A stretch of DNA of 64,000 nt from an uncultured Verrucomicrobiota bacterium (GTDB taxonomy: Bacteria > Verrucomicrobiota > Verrucomicrobiia > Limisphaerales > SXQI01), in contig CAZMKE010000007.1 in assembly GCA_964566945.1 (NCBI GenBank), positions 175,743-239,742 of the forward strand, given 5' to 3'. Every line of letters starts with the position of its first letter. The stretch's first letter is position 1. This document shows positions 61,128 to 64,000 of this stretch, piece after piece. The notes under the pieces are model-generated. The model ran no database searches. It was not told the DNA's origin and saw only the letters and a program-made list of their open reading frames with translations. A program made the position numbers and the translations under genes.

Positions 61128-62213
61128 ATGAACATCGATCCCGCTCTCCAACCCGCGATCAAAGCCGCCCAAGAAAAGCTCGAGGCGCATCTCAAGCAAA
61201 TCATTGATTGGCATTTCTCGCCTGAGACCGGTTGCCCGTTCTGGCTCGACTGGGCGAAAAAGGCCGGCTGGGATCCGCGGAAGGAGATTCGCTCCTTCGC
61301 GGACATGAACAAATTTCCGCATTTCCAGGATGAGTGGCTGCGCGACCTCCAGAATGAGGTCTGGGTGCCTGCCCAGTACAAGGGGCGTCCCTTCAATATT
61401 TTCGAAACGGGCGGCACGACGGGGATGCCCAAGCAGCGCATCGGCTGGGAGGATTACAAGATTGATTATAGCGAGTTTTCGGAACGGATTTCCGACGAGC
61501 ATTTTCCCCGCAATCATTACTGGCTGATGGTTGGGCCAACCGGCCCCCGGCGTCTGCGTTTAGCCATTGAGCACCTGGCCAACGTGCGCGGTTGTTCCTG
61601 CTATTTCGTGGACCTGGATCCGCGCTGGGTGAAGAAGGTCATTTCTAATAAGCAATTCGACCAGGCGCGCGCCTACATGGACCACGTGGTGGATCAGGCG
61701 GTGACAATTCTGAAGCATCGCAAGGTCAGCGCCCTGTTCACCACACCGAAGCTGCTTGAGGCGCTGGGAGAGAAGATTAACCTGTGGGATGCTGGCATTC
61801 GGGGCGTTTTCTGCGGCGGCACGACCATGAGCCCGCAGTACACCCGCTTTCTCGTCGAGGAAGTCCTCGAGAACCGAATCGGGTTTGCGCCGACCTACGG
61901 CAATACCTTGATGGGTCTGGCGGCGAGCCGGCCGTTGCGTCCCGAGGACAATTTCTCGATCACCTACCACTCGCCGCAGCCGCGCGCGGTGCTGCGGATC
62001 GTGAATCCGAATAAAACGGACGAGCTGAAGGGCTACGGCGAATGGGGCCGGGTTGAACTCACGACGCTCACGCGGGAGTTTTTTATGCCGCGCTTCCTGG
62101 AACGGGATGAGGCCATCCGTCGTGAACCTTGCCAGCTTTATCCTTGGGACGGCGTCGCTGAAGTGCGCCCGTTCGGAGCCATGGAGAAGAATATCGTCGA
62201 AGGTGTATACTAA
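61128..62213 (+). CDS. Adenylate-forming enzyme (PaaK / LuxE-like acyl-adenylate synthetase)
   Basis: P-loop-like FETGGTTGMPKQR, comparable to SSGTTGKP in PaaK/F390 synthetases and SSGT in LuxE. 361 aa. Confidence 0.6.
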   Translation: MNIDPALQPAIKAAQEKLEAHLKQIIDWHFSPETGCPFWLDWAKKAGWDPRKEIRSFADMNKFPHFQDEWLRDLQNEVWVPAQYKGRPFNIFETGGTTGMPKQRIGWEDYKIDYSEFSERISDEHFPRNHYWLMVGPTGPRRLRLAIEHLANVRGCSCYFVDLDPRWVKKVISNKQFDQARAYMDHVVDQAVTILKHRKVSALFTTPKLLEALGEKINLWDAGIRGVFCGGTTMSPQYTRFLVEEVLENRIGFAPTYGNTLMGLAASRPLRPEDNFSITYHSPQPRAVLRIVNPNKTDELKGYGEWGRVELTTLTREFFMPRFLERDEAIRREPCQLYPWDGVAEVRPFGAMEKNIVEGVY

Positions 62214-62222
62214 GCAGCAGTC

Positions 62223-63659
62223 ATGAGCATTCCGCATCTACCCGCCCTCCGGCGCGGCCGGCCTTACGAAAGCCTCGACAAGGCGCCGCTGGTCGACCAT
62301 CGCACCGGGAATCCGTTGGTGTCGATCAGCCAGGTCAACGCCGGCATCATTCGCAAGGACATGGCGCGCATTGCGGAGTCGCGCGCGGTGCTCAAGCGGT
62401 TCTCGGTGGCGCAAATGCTGGAGCTCTGCGCGCGGGCGGGCGAACAGTTTCTGCAGGCGACACTGCCGCTAGGCGACAAAGGCCACACTCAATCGCCGCA
62501 GGAATATCTCGAGACGCTTTCGCGGACCAGCGGCCTGCCCTACAACATGGTGCGCCGCAACATGAACAAGATCAATGACTCCCTCGTGCACATGCGGGAG
62601 GTGTTGAATGGATTGACGCGCGGCCTGCCTTTGGAGGTTATCGACAAAGGGATCGGGGAGCAGAACGGCAGCACGGTTTGCTTTTACCCTCGCACCGCGT
62701 CTCTCGGCGTGGTCATGCCGAGTAATTCGCCGGCGGTGAATTCCCTCTGGCTGCCTGCGATCGCGCTCAAGATTCCGGTGATTATTAAGCCGGGGCGGGA
62801 GGAGCCTTGGACCCCCTACCGATTGATTCAGGCGTTCATTGCGGCTGGCTGCCCTGCAGAGGCTTTCGGTTTTTATCCGACGGATCACGAGGGCTCCGGC
62901 GAGATTCTGAAATCCTGCGGCCGGGCCTTGATTTTTGGCGATAAGAACACCACGGCTCAATACGCGAATAACCCGAATATTCAGGTGCATGGTCCGGGCT
63001 ATAGCAAAGTGCTGATCGGCGAAGATGAAATTGAACGTTGGCCTGATTTCATCGACCTGATGGCCGGGGCTATTTCAGAAAACGGCGGACGCAGTTGCAT
63101 TAATGCATCGGCCGTGGTGGTCCCGCGCTTTGCCAATGAAATCGCCGAGGCTCTGGCGAAGAAACTCGGGCCGGTGGCCCCGGTCCCGGCGGCAGACGAG
63201 AATGCCAGGCTTTCCGGCTTCGCGAATCCCAAAATGGCCGAGTTTATTGATGCCACGATTGAGGATGGCCTGAAGACTCCGGGAGCGGAGGATGTGACGG
63301 CGAAATACCGGAACGGTCCTCGCAAGGTCTCGTTCGAGGGCGGCACCTACATGCGGCCGACCATCGTGCGTTGTGATTCATTCAACCATCCTCTCTCGAA
63401 CAAGGAGTTTCTCTGCCCTTACGCCAGCGTGGTCGAGGTTCCGCAGAGCAAGATGCTGGAACAGATCGGCTATTCATTGGCGGTGACGGCGATTACCCGC
63501 GACAAGAATTTCATCGAGTCACTCATGGAATGCACCTGGATCGACCGCTTGAATATCGGGCCGATTTCAACGATGAAAGTTTCCTGGAGCCAGCCGCATG
63601 AGGGGAACATGTTCGAATTCCTCTATAAGCGGCGTTCGATCGAGTTGGCCAACCCGTGA
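62223..63659 (+). CDS. Aldehyde dehydrogenase superfamily protein (possibly acyl-CoA/acyl-protein reductase, LuxC-like)
   Basis: 478 aa. Candidate catalytic Cys context ENGGRSCINASAVVV, and Rossmann-type VMPSNSPAVNSLW. Confidence 0.7.
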   Translation: MSIPHLPALRRGRPYESLDKAPLVDHRTGNPLVSISQVNAGIIRKDMARIAESRAVLKRFSVAQMLELCARAGEQFLQATLPLGDKGHTQSPQEYLETLSRTSGLPYNMVRRNMNKINDSLVHMREVLNGLTRGLPLEVIDKGIGEQNGSTVCFYPRTASLGVVMPSNSPAVNSLWLPAIALKIPVIIKPGREEPWTPYRLIQAFIAAGCPAEAFGFYPTDHEGSGEILKSCGRALIFGDKNTTAQYANNPNIQVHGPGYSKVLIGEDEIERWPDFIDLMAGAISENGGRSCINASAVVVPRFANEIAEALAKKLGPVAPVPAADENARLSGFANPKMAEFIDATIEDGLKTPGAEDVTAKYRNGPRKVSFEGGTYMRPTIVRCDSFNHPLSNKEFLCPYASVVEVPQSKMLEQIGYSLAVTAITRDKNFIESLMECTWIDRLNIGPISTMKVSWSQPHEGNMFEFLYKRRSIELANP

Positions 63660-63710
63660 TGGCTTTTTCGTGAATCCCAAGGGCCTTTCCGCGCGTCTGA
63701 TGCTGTGTCG

Positions 63711-64000
63711 ATGACTCTTGCAAGCTCCACCGCCACAGCACCGATGCCGCTCAGCAGCCTGGCGGAATTCGATCATCAGCCCCGCGTCCGATTGGTGTTC
63801 GGGCCGGGAACGGCAATGCGGGTGGGGGAGTTGGCCCGAGAGTATGGCGGTCGCCGAATCCTTCTTGTGACCGACCCGGGGATCGTTGCCGCCGGACATG
63901 CCGGCCGAATTCAGGGTTGTCTGGAGGCGGCGGGACTCGAAGTCACGGTTTTCGGCAAGGCCGATCAGAATCCGACCACCAGCACCATTAATCGCTGTCT
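63711..64000 (+). CDS. Iron-containing alcohol dehydrogenase, N-terminal fragment (runs off the window)
   Basis: My own translation from ATG 63711 gives MTLASSTATAPMPLSSLAEFDHQPRVRLVFGPGTAMRVGELAREYGGRRILLVTDPGIVAAGHAGRIQGCLEAAGLEVTVFGKADQNPT... This matches the Fe-ADH N-terminal pattern (F..P..I.FG.G....L.....G....LLVTD.G......V...L...G.....F..V..NP). It is absent from the ORF track because it is open-ended. Confidence 0.7.
   Translation, partial: MTLASSTATAPMPLSSLAEFDHQPRVRLVFGPGTAMRVGELAREYGGRRILLVTDPGIVAAGHAGRIQGCLEAAGLEVTVFGKADQNPTTSTINRC

Overview
This is a densely coding, GC-rich segment (about 60% GC by eye, not computed). I support about 57 protein-coding genes. I recognised no rRNA, tRNA, CRISPR array, transposase or integrase. 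The gene content points to the PVC superphylum (Verrucomicrobiota or Planctomycetota type): two PSCyt/DUF1549/DUF1553 + DUF1501 gene pairs, a prepilin-type protein, and many Tat/Sec-exported hydrolases and PQQ-like beta-propeller proteins. Housekeeping anchors are rpmB, ispE, tadA, obg, a cysteine desulfurase and a heterodimeric ABC exporter pair.

Two accessory loci stand out.

1. At 42352-44792 (minus strand) there is a translationally coupled four-gene operon. It encodes a nucleotidyltransferase, a small membrane protein whose C-terminus is a Cys/Gly/Ser low-complexity tail (...CSSSSCSGGGGGGCGGGGGCGGCGGS), a DUF692/MNIO-type oxidase, and a small partner ORF. I read this as a candidate unconventional RiPP-like Cys-modifying system with a membrane-tethered substrate.

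2. At 7809-15297 (minus strand) there is a seven-gene operon, four of whose six junctions are 4-nt overlaps. It encodes a GcvH-like protein, a Cys-containing protein, a 2x[4Fe-4S] ferredoxin, a radical SAM enzyme, a DUF116-polyprenyl synthase fusion, a half-size prenyltransferase-fold protein, and a squalene-hopene-cyclase-family class II terpene cyclase. No squalene synthase is present.

Other items worth a look:
- an MJ0619/Tes-like radical SAM enzyme
- a fused siroheme-decarboxylase-like protein
- a BlaI/BlaR1 pair with two perfect operator-like dyads
- an adenylating enzyme + ALDH-superfamily + Fe-ADH trio at the right edge

All family assignments come from motif and architecture recognition by eye. 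No HMM or BLAST search was run.
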